Notes: a model not told the origin generated them from the letters alone. A DNA stretch of 64,000 nucleotides from Antedon mediterranea (GCF_964355755.1 NC_092670.1:25530795-25594794), one strand, 5' to 3'. Numbered from the stretch's first letter, positions 27,501-41,320 are shown. A program made the numbers and translations.

Positions 27501-27969
27501 AAATACACTTGTCAATGTTTTTTCTATTTTTAATCTTGAATAAATTTCGTTACTATAGTCTGCACAGAAAAGTGTTAACATACTCACAACTAAATGATCA
27601 AAGCTTGTTGGTTTTCGTTTTATTTATAAAATATGATATTATAAAATAATAAGATAATAACTTTTAAAAAAACTAGTGTACCTGAACCTTACTTAGATAT
27701 AGAAATAATTAATGACTAAAACAAATGTCATAAATCAGTCACTGGGATTGGATGCAAATACAGAATCAACACTAACACACCATTTGTTCACTTTTCTTCC
27801 AATGTAAAAATTGAAACATAAATACTGTTGTTTAGAATATAACAAATTCTTTTTTTTTGCATAGCTAGATGTTTGATAATTTTATTTTATACAGCTTCCT
27901 ATAAGAAAAATATATTTCAAAACCAATTGTTTTAATGTTCTATTTTGACTGTCCTTTTGTTCTATTTAA

Positions 27970-29118
27970 TACTTGTGTTGACTGCATCCTTTGCCAAACC
28001 ATCCTGGCTTTGCCGGTGTTTTAATGTTCTGTTTTCACTGTTCTTGTTCTTTTTGGCCTTCTGGTTTGGTACTTGCATTGACTGCATCCTTTGTCAAACC
28101 ATCCTGGCTTTGCCGGTGTTTTAATGTTTTGTTTTCTCTGTTCTTGTTCTTTTTGGCCTTCTGGTTTGGTACTTGCATTGACTGCATCCTTTGCCAAACC
28201 ATCCTGGCTTTGCCGGTGTTTTAATGTTTTGTTTTCTCTGTTCTTGTTCTTTTTGGCCTTCTGGTTTGGTACTTGCATTGACTGCATCCTTTGCCAAACC
28301 ATCCTGGCTTTGCCGGTGTTTTAATGTTTTGTTTTCTCTGTTCTTGTTCTTTTTGGCCTTCTGGTTTGGTACTTGCATTGACTGCATCCTTTGCCAAACC
28401 ATCCTGGTTTTGCCGGTGTTTTAATGTTCTGTTTTCACTGTTCTTGTTCTTTTTGGCCTTCTGGTTTGGTACTTGCATTGACTGCATCCTTTGCCAAACC
28501 ATCCTGGCTATTTCGGTGTTTTAATGTTCTGTTTTCACTGTTCTTGTTCTTCTTGGCCTTCTGGTTTGGTACTTGCATTGACTGCATCCTTTGCCAAACC
28601 ATCCTGGCTATTTCGGTGTTTTAATGTTCTGTTTTCACTGTTCTTGTTCTTCTTGGCCTTCTGGTTTGGTACTTGCGTTGACTGCATCCTTTGTCAAACC
28701 ATCCTGGCTATTTCGGTGTTTTAATGTTCTGTTTTCACTGTTCTTGTTCTTCTTGGCCTTCTGGTTTGGTACTTGCGTTGACTGCATCCTTTGTCAAACC
28801 ATCCTGGCTTTGCCGGTGTTTTAATGTTCTGTTTTCACTGTTCTTGTTCTTCTTGGCCTTCTGGTTTGGTACTTGCATTGACTGCATCCTTTGCCAAACC
28901 ATCCTGGCTTTGCCGGTGTTTTAATGTTCTGTTTTCACTGTTCTTGTTCTTCTTGGCCTTCTGGTTTGGTACTTGCATTGACTGCATCCTTTGTCAAACC
29001 ATCCTGGCTTTGCCGGTGTTTTAATGTTCTGTTTTCTCTGTTCTTGTTCTTTTTGGCCTTCTGGTTTGGTACTTGCGTTGACTGCATCCTTTGCCAAACC
29101 ATCCTGGATTTGCTGGTG
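27970..29118 (-). repeat. Exact 100-bp tandem repeat x~11.5 derived from the SIRT7 C-terminal coding sequence and stop codon
   Basis: The sequence recurs every 100 bp. On the minus strand each unit reads ..[32 protein letters not shown]-stop, and the first unit is the true end of the SIRT7 CDS. Confidence 0.96.
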
Positions 29119-32100
29119 TCTTCTTGTTTTCGGTGTCATCTCCTAATGCTCCTCCCTCTTTCTTTAGTTGTAATATTTTTGTGGTGAAAGTTTTCATTTC
29201 TTTTGATTGTAAAGGAGTAGCAATGTTGAACAGTGGGTCTTCTTCTCTGTAAAGTTATTTATAAAAAAGTTTAGTCGGTAATAATAACATTTCCTACTCT
29301 TAATTTATAATTATTACTTTCCCAGTTTTTTAAAGTCCCTGAACATACATTTATAAAATGTATTAGATGTACCTTTTGTATTCATTCAGTTCAAGATCAA
29401 GTCGATTCATCACAATCTTCATTACATCATCACATTTAGCATTGATTTTTAAATCCGCTTTCAGATCTTTAGGAGTCCACTAAAAATAATAATAATTATA
29501 ATTTATATACAAAAGCACTCAACAATGCACAAATAAACTCTTTGGTGCTTTAAATAATGGACATATAGTTAAAACTAGGTACTATTGTAATAAAAATATT
29601 TTATGATCGAATAAAATTGTTTATATTACTGTGAAATGATCAAGAATAGCTGCAGAGGGCATGGGTATGAAATTTGGCAAAAATTACAGGGTAGGATTAC
29701 ATCAACAACAGATTTATCAAAGTCTTTTTTTTACTAAAGTTAGGGAATGGGATTATCTCAGTCGTGTATGGGATTATCTTGGTCGTTTATGGGATTATAT
29801 ATGTTATAATTAGTGGCTTTTATCTCAACAGAAATGAGATAAAAGATCAACCAATTTAGCCTATTACTTCTTACCTGCAAGTTTACTATGTAAAGTTTTG
29901 ATCGCTTCTTTGTGTTTTGGTTTGTGCTCCACAAACATGGATATTTCTTTAAAACCTGCAAAGAAATGTATTGAAAGCCATTAATATTATTAAGAAGTTA
30001 CTTGTAGCAAGTAGCAAGATTGCACATTTTTGGAACTAAAAACACTCATTGTCGGTTGAATCTCTTGAGGCCAATTTACACAGACAAGCGGTAACGGTAA
30101 GCAGAAAATCTTGTAGCTTTTCCTACGTAAAATCTGTATCCACCCTCGGCAGAAACTGCCCGTCTACTTCGCCCTTTGTGTAAATGGTCATAAGGAATAA
30201 CATAGATTTTATATATTTATTTACATTACCGCTCATCTGTGTAAATTGGCCTTTACAGTTGGTTCATCAGTCAAATTTCATAAATACATGACATACTCTG
30301 AGTAAAAATATTTTTCTTTAAAACGAATATTAAACCAAATTGCCAGCTACAAAGTTGCCTGATTATTTGCATCCAAGCTGTAATAAATGAATACCTTTAA
30401 ACTAGAGCCCATACAAAGTATCATGTCAGCTTTGTTGGCGGCTTCTATTGCCCCATGCCAATTCAGAGGCCATTCTAACGTTCCCTTCTCACCAAAATGC
30501 ACAATGGTATCCAGCAAAGGTGATAAACATTTTGTACATAACCTCCCTGTCTTGTGTCTTCTAAAAGACGTCTTTTCGGTTACGTCAAAAAGTCGGATGT
30601 ATTCTTGTTCGTCGTCGCATTCTGAACAAACCTACAGGGGATTAAAAAAGTTTGACAAATTGGAGAAAAAAGTTAGGAAAGACAGTTTCATTTTGTTTAC
30701 TACAATGGTAAGAAAATATAATGTTTTTGGATGAAATTTGATACCTCAATATACATATTCCCATGTAATTCTGAGAGCTGATATTTAGGAACACCACTCC
30801 TACGATGTAAACCATCACAGTTCTGGGAGACAACATGTTTTACCTAGAAAAATAACAATACTTAAATATCATCATCATTTTGGAATTGGTGGCGCCATAT
30901 AAATGTTTGGTTATTATTATTTACCTCTGCCAAGGATCGCGTGTGTTTGTTTGCTTGTTAATGCAAGATCTTTACCAAAATAAAAATAAAAATAGATACA
31001 GTATGTGGTCGAGAACCACTCCTTTCAATTTTGGAGGCAATTAGTATTTTCAAACCTGCTAGTGTTAAAAGATAGGAGAGAATTTTTAAAAGCCGGCGAG
31101 CAGTCTTAAAGTAACAAGTAAACTGAAATTGCATTTTGTCGAAGTACTTGTCCAAAAAAATGTTTGTTTAAGAGACAAGAGTTATAATTTGTGATTTGTA
31201 ATTTTAAAACATAATTTGACTTAATGTACAGGATTTTTGATGAGTTAAAAAAACCTATTTATTTTCAAATTCACCCGTTTGTTTTTGGCATTTCCTGTTC
31301 TATTGTTCGACAACTAAAACTTTTGTTAGTTGAAAGGCTGGTTACATAACTATTACACCAAAATCACATACACGTCATGCTTGTGGTGAATTAGCCTAAA
31401 TCACACACACAAAAAAAATATATATATTTTTTCGGAGAAATCTTATGTAGGAGAATTTTACAGCAGAGGTACTTTATTGCCTTTTTGGTTAATATTAAAA
31501 CAGTACGTTAGAAGATAACTTACAATATCCTGTTGACACAATCTAGCTAGGCTCATATGTGTGAATGTTGGATCAGCATCAGTCAAAGAACTAGACCTGT
31601 AAGGATTTATTTTCACACAAAGTATTTATACTGACTGTATTAATAAACTACATATTGTACTATTGGTGTAAGATAAGGTTTATTCAGGAAGAAATGTTAT
31701 AATAAATGCAGGAGAAATGTTAACACTAAGACCATTGTCTTTATCTATCAACATTATAAAGTTAATGCGACCACTATTAAATTGGATTTTGAATTAAATA
31801 TCTTATAACTGACAACATCTTATTAACTCCATCAATCTTTTCAAAAACCAAAACTTACGTCACAATTTGTCCTTTTTGAAGTAAAGTCCACACCCCATTT
31901 GGACCTCTATAATCTGGTATAGATGCTGCCTAAAATAAAGAAACTAGAATATGTTTAGTTTTCACAAATGCAAGTCTACTGTACTTCCTGTAATACAGAT
32001 TAGACCATAACAACATTTATGTTGCCCAATTAGTCCACAACTGACCCAAAATTTGGGGGTCAACCTTTGTTTTTGTAATTGTGTATTCTAATTTGTGTTG

Positions 32101-33001
32101 GTATAACATATAACATTCTTTATTTATTGCCTTAACATTACAGTACTAAATAACTCACTGTGCTTATTCCAGCACCACTGTATACAACACAGTACTTGGA
32201 TGATTTGATAGCATCTGCAAGTTCCTCTGCTTTTGTAATTATTTCTTCTGGTGAATCTTCTTTCTTTAAAGTAAATCATAAGTAAAATGTTGATACTTAT
32301 TTAAAGATAGTTGTTCCATGGTGGATGCTTATCCTGTCCCCATTCAAAGTCAATAAATGGTAATAAATCATTGATGTAATATAAAAGACAAAAAATTTAA
32401 ACCTCTTCTTTCTTAAGCTTGGCAAGATTTCTACGGACAGCACGTTTTTCTAATTCATTGACTATTAAATCATTCTCTTTGAGGAACTTTTCTTCAGTTT
32501 TTGTTCTTTGAGATTCTTTTTTCTTCATTATTTGCATCACCTACAATATACAATGAGAAAAAGACGTCTGATAAAAGAATCGCAATGTATAAATTAAATC
32601 ACAATTCAGGAATTAAATTTAATAATAAATTAATACTAGCTAGCCAGGCCTATGCCTATATAATTCTATATAAGTCTCTCGAGTCCTACTTAGTCTCTAG
32701 AGACATCTTTTTCTAAAAACTAGTAAGATGGTGGCACAACATCAGAGAATATTATAATATTGAATATATTTATTAATCTTATTAAAGCATTTCATCGAAT
32801 CCAATCCAGGCCCACATGGTCGGGTCTTGCTTCGGGTCTTCGGCCCGGGATGATTCGGCCCTGGGACGATTCGGCCCGGGACAATTTCGGCCCTGGAAAA
32901 TCTCTCCTCAAAACCCACTTTTTAATTTGTAAATTTCTAAATTGTTCTGTCTTTGTAAAGCGCATTGAGGCTTTCAGCATAATGCGCTATATCAAGTACC
33001 A

Positions 33002-33046
<45 letters not shown>

Positions 33047-35318
33047 GTTTTCATGTTTTACAAATAATATACCACTAAACACAGTAAAACATTGCGATGT
33101 AATACTTTGTTGAAACTATCACCGTCCTAGTCGATTGAAATAGTACAGTAGCCCCTACATGTAACGATACATCACTACGACGTGTATATGTTTATATAAT
33201 GTAAAACAATTTGTGAAAACCACCTCTATTCGGGGAAAATCATAAATTCGATTTAATCGTCAATAAATATTAAATTATCTAACTCAACTTAATTAGTAGG
33301 CCTAATGGTTTTCAATTGTTTCCTAGAGCCAATTCATACTTAAGTTGGTTCCTACCCTACCCACCAAAGTTGTTCTGCGTTTAGGGCATGTGATGTACCG
33401 TAGGCCTATCCTCTACTGGTTTTACAACGCTACTCATGCCAGTGAGGGAAGGGTGATGATGTGGGTGGTTTAACTGCAATAATAAAGATTTATACATAAT
33501 ATACGGCGAGAAAACGCTAGCTCTTTATCCGTTTAAAAAAAATTTATATCCAACCTCTGCAGCACAGATTGAAAAAAAAATGGATCGAATTTCTGTTATG
33601 AGTATACAGTACTTGCCTTTACGACGCCTGAGGGAATAGACACTTGTGGAACAGAGATTGGAATGTTCCATTCATCGCAAATCAATACATTTGTATAAAG
33701 TATATTAAATCTATCAAAATAGTATTTTTTAAAGAAAATCGGCCTGTCTTGAACATTATGATACTGTACTCGAGCTGTTCAACCGGTTTTCAGCCATTAA
33801 AAACAATTATCGTAGGAGGAGATAGGAAAATGCGAAGCATCCTCGTATTATCGTCTGCGGGTATTTTTCAAGACGGACATCCATTAGACAGTGTATACCA
33901 CGATCGAAAAACACCCCTATTTGAGGCAAATCGTTGAACCTAAATTCGTTTTAATCGTCAATAACTAATTATCGAACTCAATTTAATTAGTAAACAGGGT
34001 TACATCAGGCGGTTAAAATCAGTACCGAAAGTACGAACCAACTTTATATACCATCGAGTAAACATTCTAGAAATAACGCGCGATTTACCGAATTTTGCCC
34101 TTACGTAAATTTATATATAGAAATGTTTTCCATCAATTTACTAGAATTTATTTTACTTCTGCTGACACTGAATACATCATTTCATGTCTTCCATTTCTTC
34201 TTTTTTATCTTCTTTCCTGTTGTGTTTATTAAAATAAAATCAAATAAAACATTAAATAATGAAGCAACTATTCATTAACTTAAAATCCGTTTCACGAGGA
34301 ACATGTAAAAAATATTTTATTATCGCCATAATATGACCATAACAGCGTCCTCTATATATCGATGCCCTATGAGGCCTCCGTACTTTCATCGGCAGGCCTA
34401 GCGATGATTTTCGCGAAGCTAAGCTGGCGATGGATTTCTGAAGGGTGCTCAATTATTAATTGATTAAAAATAGTTATAAATAAGAAATTATCGATATTTT
34501 ACCATGTTATGCTTGCTGAATGTTGTAGACAACTCGTGAGTAGGTTAGATGAAGTATTGAAACCATTTTGAGTAATTTTAAGGGGTGGGTACGAAACATA
34601 CTATCGAATCTTTATGCAGTATTGCATTAATAATTTACGTACGGTATTGCCGAATCTTAATATCTCATTTACATACTATTGAATCTTTTTACAGTAGGCC
34701 TATTGCATTAATAATTTACGTATGGTATTGCCGAATCTTTATATCTCATTTACATACTATCGAATCTTTCTACAGTATTGCATTATATATCTAAGATTAC
34801 AAAACATTGAACTAGCGGCCGCTTTGGTTGGCGGCCGCTTTGGTTGGCGGCCGCTTCGACTGTAATTCCACGTCGTCCCTATTACACTATCATAACAGGC
34901 ACTTTTGGCGCTGTCGGCGGCCGAGATGGACCTAAGCCGGTACGAAACTGCATTAGCGCCGAAAACTTGATAAAAACCGAAAAAAAAACTGTATAACATT
35001 ATAATTAACATTAACTATCATTGGTTTTGTCAAAATGTGAGCCGAATAGTCCCAGGCCGATTCGTCCTGGAACCGGCCCTATAGCTAGGCCTATGTCATG
35101 GATGGTGCGTGTCACAGAGAAACGGCCACGGCACGACGAGAGGCTAGGCCTAGGCCTACTACTACTACTAGCCAGGCTTATAATTAACAATGTTTTACCT
35201 GTTTTTCTTTTAATTTAGATTCACTCTTTAGTTTAACCCATGATTTAGCAGCATTTTCTGCCGATTTTCGTCTAGGTGGGCGAGTAGTAGAAGAAGACGT
35301 TTGTTCGTTTTTCGACAT
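29021..35318 (-). CDS. SIRT7: NAD-dependent deacylase sirtuin-7 (class IV sirtuin), ~418 aa
   Basis: Exons 35318-35199, 32540-32403, 32263-32159, 31929-31859, 31596-31524, 30843-30745, 30631-30395, 29955-29875, 29479-29373 and 29246-29021 join in frame. Motifs [40 protein letters not shown], the Zn-binding [37 protein letters not shown] and the SIRT7-type C-terminal GWFGKG. Confidence 0.95.
30068..30252. mobile_element. Small Harbinger-like MITE in a SIRT7 intron
   Basis: TIR AGGCCAATTTACACAGA..AGCGGTAA at both ends. Confidence 0.7.
32825..35075. mobile_element. Probable decayed foldback/Mutator-like element in SIRT7 intron 1
   Basis: Subterminal repeats GATTCGGCCC(T/G)GG at 32840-32897, inverted copies at 35040-35073, and related sequence at 56065-56530. 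No TSD was resolved. Confidence 0.4.
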
Positions 35319-35574
35319 TTAAGCTGATCTCCGTTTCTTCTGTCTTCCTCGAGAATTTGGAATTAATTTGTAAACATCCAACATCGGAAAAAAATAATCA
35401 CAGTCACAAAATTAGCCTCCTTCCCTCTGTCGTCTTGCCAGTTTTTGTAATTAACATACGTACGTCGTCACCGGAGGTATATTCAGAGCGTCATTTCGAC
35501 GATCGAGCATTCTCTACTTCTACGGAGCGCCATTTATGCCTTTATTTACTTACGAAAATTTCGTAAGTAAATGT

Positions 35575-38440
35575 AGCTGCTCCAGTGGACCAAATTTAGC
35601 ACTAGTGATATAACATAGAAATAAGTCACTAATTTTAATATTCTTTTCGTATGTTAATACACTGTGCTCAAGTGGACCCAATTTGGCGCCAGTGAGGAGC
35701 ACAGTGATATAAAATAGAAATAATTGTCACTGAATTTTAATATCTTTTCGTATGTTAATACACTGTGCTCAAGTGGACCCAATTTGGAGCCAAGGGAGCA
35801 CAGTGATATAAAATAGAAATAAGTCACTGAATTTTAATATCTTTTCGTATGTTAATACACTGTGCTCAAGTGGACCCAATTTTGGAGCCAGTGGAGCACA
35901 GTGATATAAAATAGAAATAAGTCACTAAATTTTAATATTATCTTTTCGTATGTTAATACACTGTGCTCAAGTGGACACAATTTGGAGCCAGACGAGCACA
36001 GTGATATAAAATAGAAAAAAGTCACTGAATTTTAATATCTTTTCGTATGTTAATACACTGTGCTCAAGTGGACCCAATTTGGCGCCAGTGAGGAGCACAG
36101 TGATATAAAATAGAAATAATTGTCACTGAATTTTAATATCTTTTCGTATGTTAATACACTGTGCTCAAGTGGACCCAATTTGGAGCCAGGGGAGCACAGT
36201 GATATAAAATAGAAATAAGTCACTGAATTTTAATATCTTTTCGTATGTTAATACACTGTGCTCAAGTGGACCCAATTTGGAGCCAGTGGAGCACAGTGAT
36301 ATAAAATAGAAATAAGTCACTAAATTTTAATATCTTTTCGTATGTTAATACACTGTGCTCAAGTGGACACAATTTGGAGCCAGACGAGCACAGTGATATA
36401 AAATAGAAAAAAGTCACTGAATTTTAATATCTTTTCGTATGTTAATACACTCTGCTCAAGTGGACCCAATTTGGAGCCAAGGGAGCACAGTGATATAAAA
36501 TAGAAATAAGTCACTGAATTTTAATATCTTTTCGTATGTTAATACACTGTGCTCAAGTGGACCCAATTTGGAGCCAGTGGAGCACAGTGATATAAAAAAG
36601 AAATATGTCACTAAATTTTAATATCTTTTCGTATGTTAATACACTGTGCTCAAGTGGACACAATTTGGAGCCAGACGAGCACAGTGATATAAAATAGAAA
36701 AAAATCACTGAATTTTAATATCTTTTCGTATGTTAATACACTGTGCTCAAGTGGACCCGATTTGGAGCCAGGGGAGCACAGTGATATAAAATAGAAATAA
36801 GTCACTGAATTTTAATATCTTTTCGTATGTTAATACACTGTGCTCAAGTGGACCCAATTTTGGAGCCAGTGGAGCACAGTGATATAAAATAGAAATAAGT
36901 CACTAAATTTTAATATTATCTTTTCGTATGTTAATACACTGTGCTCAAGTGGACACAATTTGGAGCCAGATGAGCACAGTGATATAAAATAGAAAAAAGT
37001 CACTGAATTTTAATATCTTTTCGTATGTTAATACACTGTGCTCAAGTGGACCCAATTTGGCGCCAGTGAGGAGCACAGTGATATAAAATAGAAATAATTG
37101 TCACTGAATTTTAATATCTTTTCGTATGTTAATACACTGTGCTCAAGTGGACCCAATTTGGAGCCAGGGGAGCACAGTGATATAAAATAGAAATAAGTCA
37201 CTGAATTTTAATATCTTTTCGTATGTTAATACACTGTGCTCAAGTGGACCCAATTTGGAGCCAGTGGAGCACAGTGATATAAAATAGAAATAAGTCACTA
37301 AATTTTAATATCTTTTCGTATGTTAATACACTGTGCTCAAGTGGACACAATTTGGAGCCAGACGAGCACAGTGATATAAAATAGAAAAAAGTCACTGAAT
37401 TTTAATATCTTTTCGTATGTTAATACACTGTGCTCAAGTGGACCCGATTTGGAGCCAGGGGAGCACAGTGATATAAAATAGAAATAAGTCACTGAATTTT
37501 AATATCTTTTCGTATGTTAATACACTATGCTCAAGTGGACCCAATTTTGGAGCCAGTGGAGCACAGTGATATAAAATAGAAATAAGTCACTAAATTTTAA
37601 TATTATCTTTTCGTATGTTAATACACTGTGCTCAAGTGGACACAATTTGGAGCCAGACGAGCACAGTAATATAAAATAGAAAAAAGTCACTGAATTTTAA
37701 TATCTTTTCGTATGTTAATACACTGTGCTCAAGTGGACCCAATTTGGAGCCAGTGGAGCACAGTGATATAAAATAGAAATAAGTCACTAAATTTTAATAT
37801 CTTTTCGTATGTTAATACACTGTGCTCAAGTGGACACAATTTGGAGGCAGGGTAGCACAGTGATATAAAATAGAAAAAAGGCACTGAATTTTAATATCTT
37901 TTCGTATGTTAATACACTGTGCTCAAGTGGACCCAATTTGGAGCCAGTGGAGCACAGTGATATAAAATAGAAAAAAGTCACTGAATTTTAATATCTTTTT
38001 GTATGTTAATACACTGTGCTCAAGTGGACCCAATTTGGCGCCAGGAGAGCACAGTGATATAAAATAGAAATAAGTCATTGAATGTTAATATATTTTTGCA
38101 TGTTAATACACTGTGCTCAAGTGGACCCAATTTGGCGCCAGTGGAGCACAGTGATATAAAATGGAAAAAGTCACTGAATTTTAATATCTTTTCGTATTTA
38201 ATATACACTATGCGATTTGGAGCCAGGGGAGCACTGTGATATAAAATAGAAATAAGTCACTGAATTTTAATATCTTTTCGTATGTTAATACACTGTGCTT
38301 ACGTGGACCTAATTTGGCGCGCGCGCCAGTGAGCACAGTAACATAAAATAGAAAAAAAGTCACTAAATTTTAATATCTTTTCGTATGTTAATACACTGTG
38401 CTCAAGTGGACCCAATTTGGCACCAATGGGAGCACAGGGA
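35575..38440 (+). repeat. 97-bp satellite, left arm of the foldback element, ~30 copies
   Basis: Unit CACTGTGCTCAAGTGGACCCAATTTGGAGCCAGTGGAGCACAGTGATATAAAATAGAAATAAGTCACTGAATTTTAATATCTTTTCGTATGTTAATA; period 97-101 bp. Confidence 0.95.
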
Positions 38441-39799
38441 AATAGTCACATACAAAAACATCGAGAAAAAATACTTCTGGAATTAAAAAATATTTCAAAC
38501 TTGGTATATATGTTCGATATCGGTTACTCCATCCGTAAACCAAAAGAAAAAATAGTTACAAGCCACATCAGTGATTTTAATAACGTGCGTTCGCTTAAGA
38601 TAATACTTATGGAAAAACATACAATTCCGACACATATTATGTTAAACTCTAATAATGATTTTGACAACAACAACAAAAAAAAACGGTTAGGAATTCGATT
38701 TTTTCCCTGTAAATTGAGCAACTTAAATTTAAAATATACCAAGAAATATATATTGAAATCAAGGAGTATTTTTTTTTTTCTAAAGAAATGCTCGTATGTT
38801 AATACACTGTGCTCCAGTGGATCCAATTTGGCGCCAGTGGAGCACACGGAAATAGTCACATACAAAAACTTCTAGAAAAAATATTTATCGAATTCAAAAA
38901 TATTTCAAACTTGGTATATAAGTTAAATATCGGTTACTCCATCCGTAATGCAAAAGAAAAATTAGTTTCAAGCCATATCAGTGATTTTAATAAATTGCGT
39001 TTGTCTAAGAAAAATACTTATGAAAGAACATACAATTCCAACACATTTTTTTAAACTTTAGCGATTAAAAAAAAGACATTATGTTAAAAATATGAATTAT
39101 GTAGTAACATATTGAACGTGTAGTAACCTATTGAACGTATACTACCAAATTTCAAATGTGTAGGACAATTATTTTATGACGATCAAAATTTAAAGTTTAA
39201 AAAATGTGTTGGAATTCTATGTTCTATCATAAATATACATTTTAAACGAACGAAAATTACTAAAATCACTGATATGGCTTGAAACTAATTTTTCTTTTGC
39301 ATTACGAATGGAGTAACCGATATTGAACTTATATACCAAGTTTGAAATATTTTTGAAATCCAGAAGTATTTTTTCTTGATGTTTTTGTATGTGACTATTT
39401 CCCTGTGCTCCACTGGCGCCAAATTGGATCCACTGGAGCACAGTGTATTAACATACGAACATTTCTTTTGTAAACAAAAAATACTCCTTAATTTCAATAT
39501 ATATTTCTTGATATATTTTTAATTTAAGTTGCTCAATTTACAGGGAAAAATCGAATTCCTAACCGGTTTTTTTTTTGTTAAAATCATTATTAGAGTTTAA
39601 CATATGTGTCGGAATTGTATGTTTTTTTTCGTAAGTATTATCTTAAGCAAACGCAAGTTATTAAAATCACTGATGTGGCTTGAAACTATTTTTTCTTTTG
39701 GTTTACGGATGGAGTAACCGATATTGAACAAATATACCAAGTTTGAAATATTTTTAAATTCCAGAAGTATTTTTTCTCGATGTTTTTGTATGTGACTAT

Positions 39800-41320
39800 T
39801 TTCCTGTGCTCCCATTGGTGCCAAATTGGGTCCACTTGAGCACAGTGTATTAAAATACGAAAAGATATCATAATTTAGTGACTTTTTTCTATTTTATATC
39901 ACTGTGTGCTCACTGGCACGGCGCGCGCGCCAAATTGGGTCCACGTCGTGAGCACAGGGTATTAACATACGAAAAGATATTAAAATTCAGTGACTTATTT
40001 CTATTTTATATCACTGTGCTCCACTGGCTCCAAATTGGGTCCACTTGAGCACGGTGTATTAACATACGAAAAGATATTAAAATTCAGTGACTTTTTTCTA
40101 TTTTATATCACTGTGCTCCACTGGCTCCAAATTGGGTCCACTTGAGCACGGTGTATTAACATACGAAAAGATATAAAAATTCAGTGACTTTTTTCTATTT
40201 TATATCACTGTGCTCCACTGGCTCCAAATTGGGTCCACTTGAGCACGGTGTATTAACATACGAAAAGATATTAAAATTCAGTGACTTTTTTCTATTTTAT
40301 ATCACTGTGCTCCACTGGCTCCAAATTGGGTCCACTTGAGCACAGTGTATTAACATACGAAAAGATATTAAAATTCAGTGACTTTTTTATATTTTATATC
40401 ACTGTGCTCCTCTGGCTCCAAATTGGGTCCACTTGAGCACAGTGTATTAACATACGAAAAGATATTAAAATTCAGTGACTTATTTATATTTTATATCACT
40501 GTGCTCCACTGGCTCCAAATTGGGTCCACTTGAGCACGGTGTATTAACATACGATCGAAAAGATATTAAAATTCAGTGACTTTTTTCTATTTTATATCAC
40601 TGTGCTCCACTGGCTCCAAATTGGGTCCACTTGAGAACAGTGTATTAACATACGAAAAGATATTAAAATTCAGTGACTTATTTCTATTTTATATCACTGT
40701 GCTCCACTGGCTCCAAATTGGGTCCACTTGAGAACAGTGTATTAACATACGAAAAGATACTAAAAATCAGTGACTTTTTTTCTATTTTATATCACTGTGC
40801 TCCACTGGCTCCAAATTGGGTCCACTTGAGAACAGTGTATTAACATACGAAAAGATATTAAAATTCAGTGACTTTTTTATATTTTATATCACTGTGCTCC
40901 ACTGGCTCCAAATTGGGTCCACTTGAGAACAGTGTATTAACATACGAAAAGATATTAAAATTCAGTGACTTATTTCTATTTTATATCACTCTTCCTGTGC
41001 TCCCCTGGCTCCAAATTGGGTCCACTTGAGCACAGTGTATTAACATACGAAAAGATACTAAAAATCATTGACTTATTTCTATTTTATATCACTGTGCTCT
41101 CCTGGCTCCAAATTGGGTCCACTTGAGCACAGTGTATTAACATACGAAAAGATATTAAAATTCAGTGATTTATTTCTATTACTGTGCTCCTCTGTCTCCA
41201 AATTGGGTCCACTTGAGCACAGTGTATTTACATACGAAAAGATATTAAAATTAGTGACTTATTTCTATTTTATATCACTGTGCTCCACCGGTGCTGAATT
41301 TGGTCCACTGGAGCAGTTAC
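39800..41320 (-). repeat. 97-bp satellite, right arm (inverted), ~16 copies
   Basis: Reverse complement of the left-arm unit. Confidence 0.95.

Noticed and set aside
27991-29187. Series of 77-98 aa Cys/Phe-rich (+) and Lys/Gln-rich (-) ORFs suggesting a small-peptide gene family
   Set aside because: These arise from a 100-bp tandem repeat shifting frame each unit. Only the SIRT7 frame ending at 29021 belongs to a spliced gene.
34597-34785. ~75-bp unit repeated about 2.5 times in SIRT7 intron 1
   Set aside because: It is an ordinary short local duplication with no link to exons or element termini.
38417-39871. ORFs of up to 152 aa in the foldback centre, as a candidate transposase
   Set aside because: They are mirrored in both arms, low-complexity and AT-driven, with no DDE, THAP or zinc-finger motifs that I can recognise.
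35575-41320. CRISPR-like look of regularly spaced palindromic repeats
   Set aside because: The intervening sequences are near-identical rather than unique spacers, there are no cas genes, and the context is eukaryotic. It is a satellite inside a foldback element.
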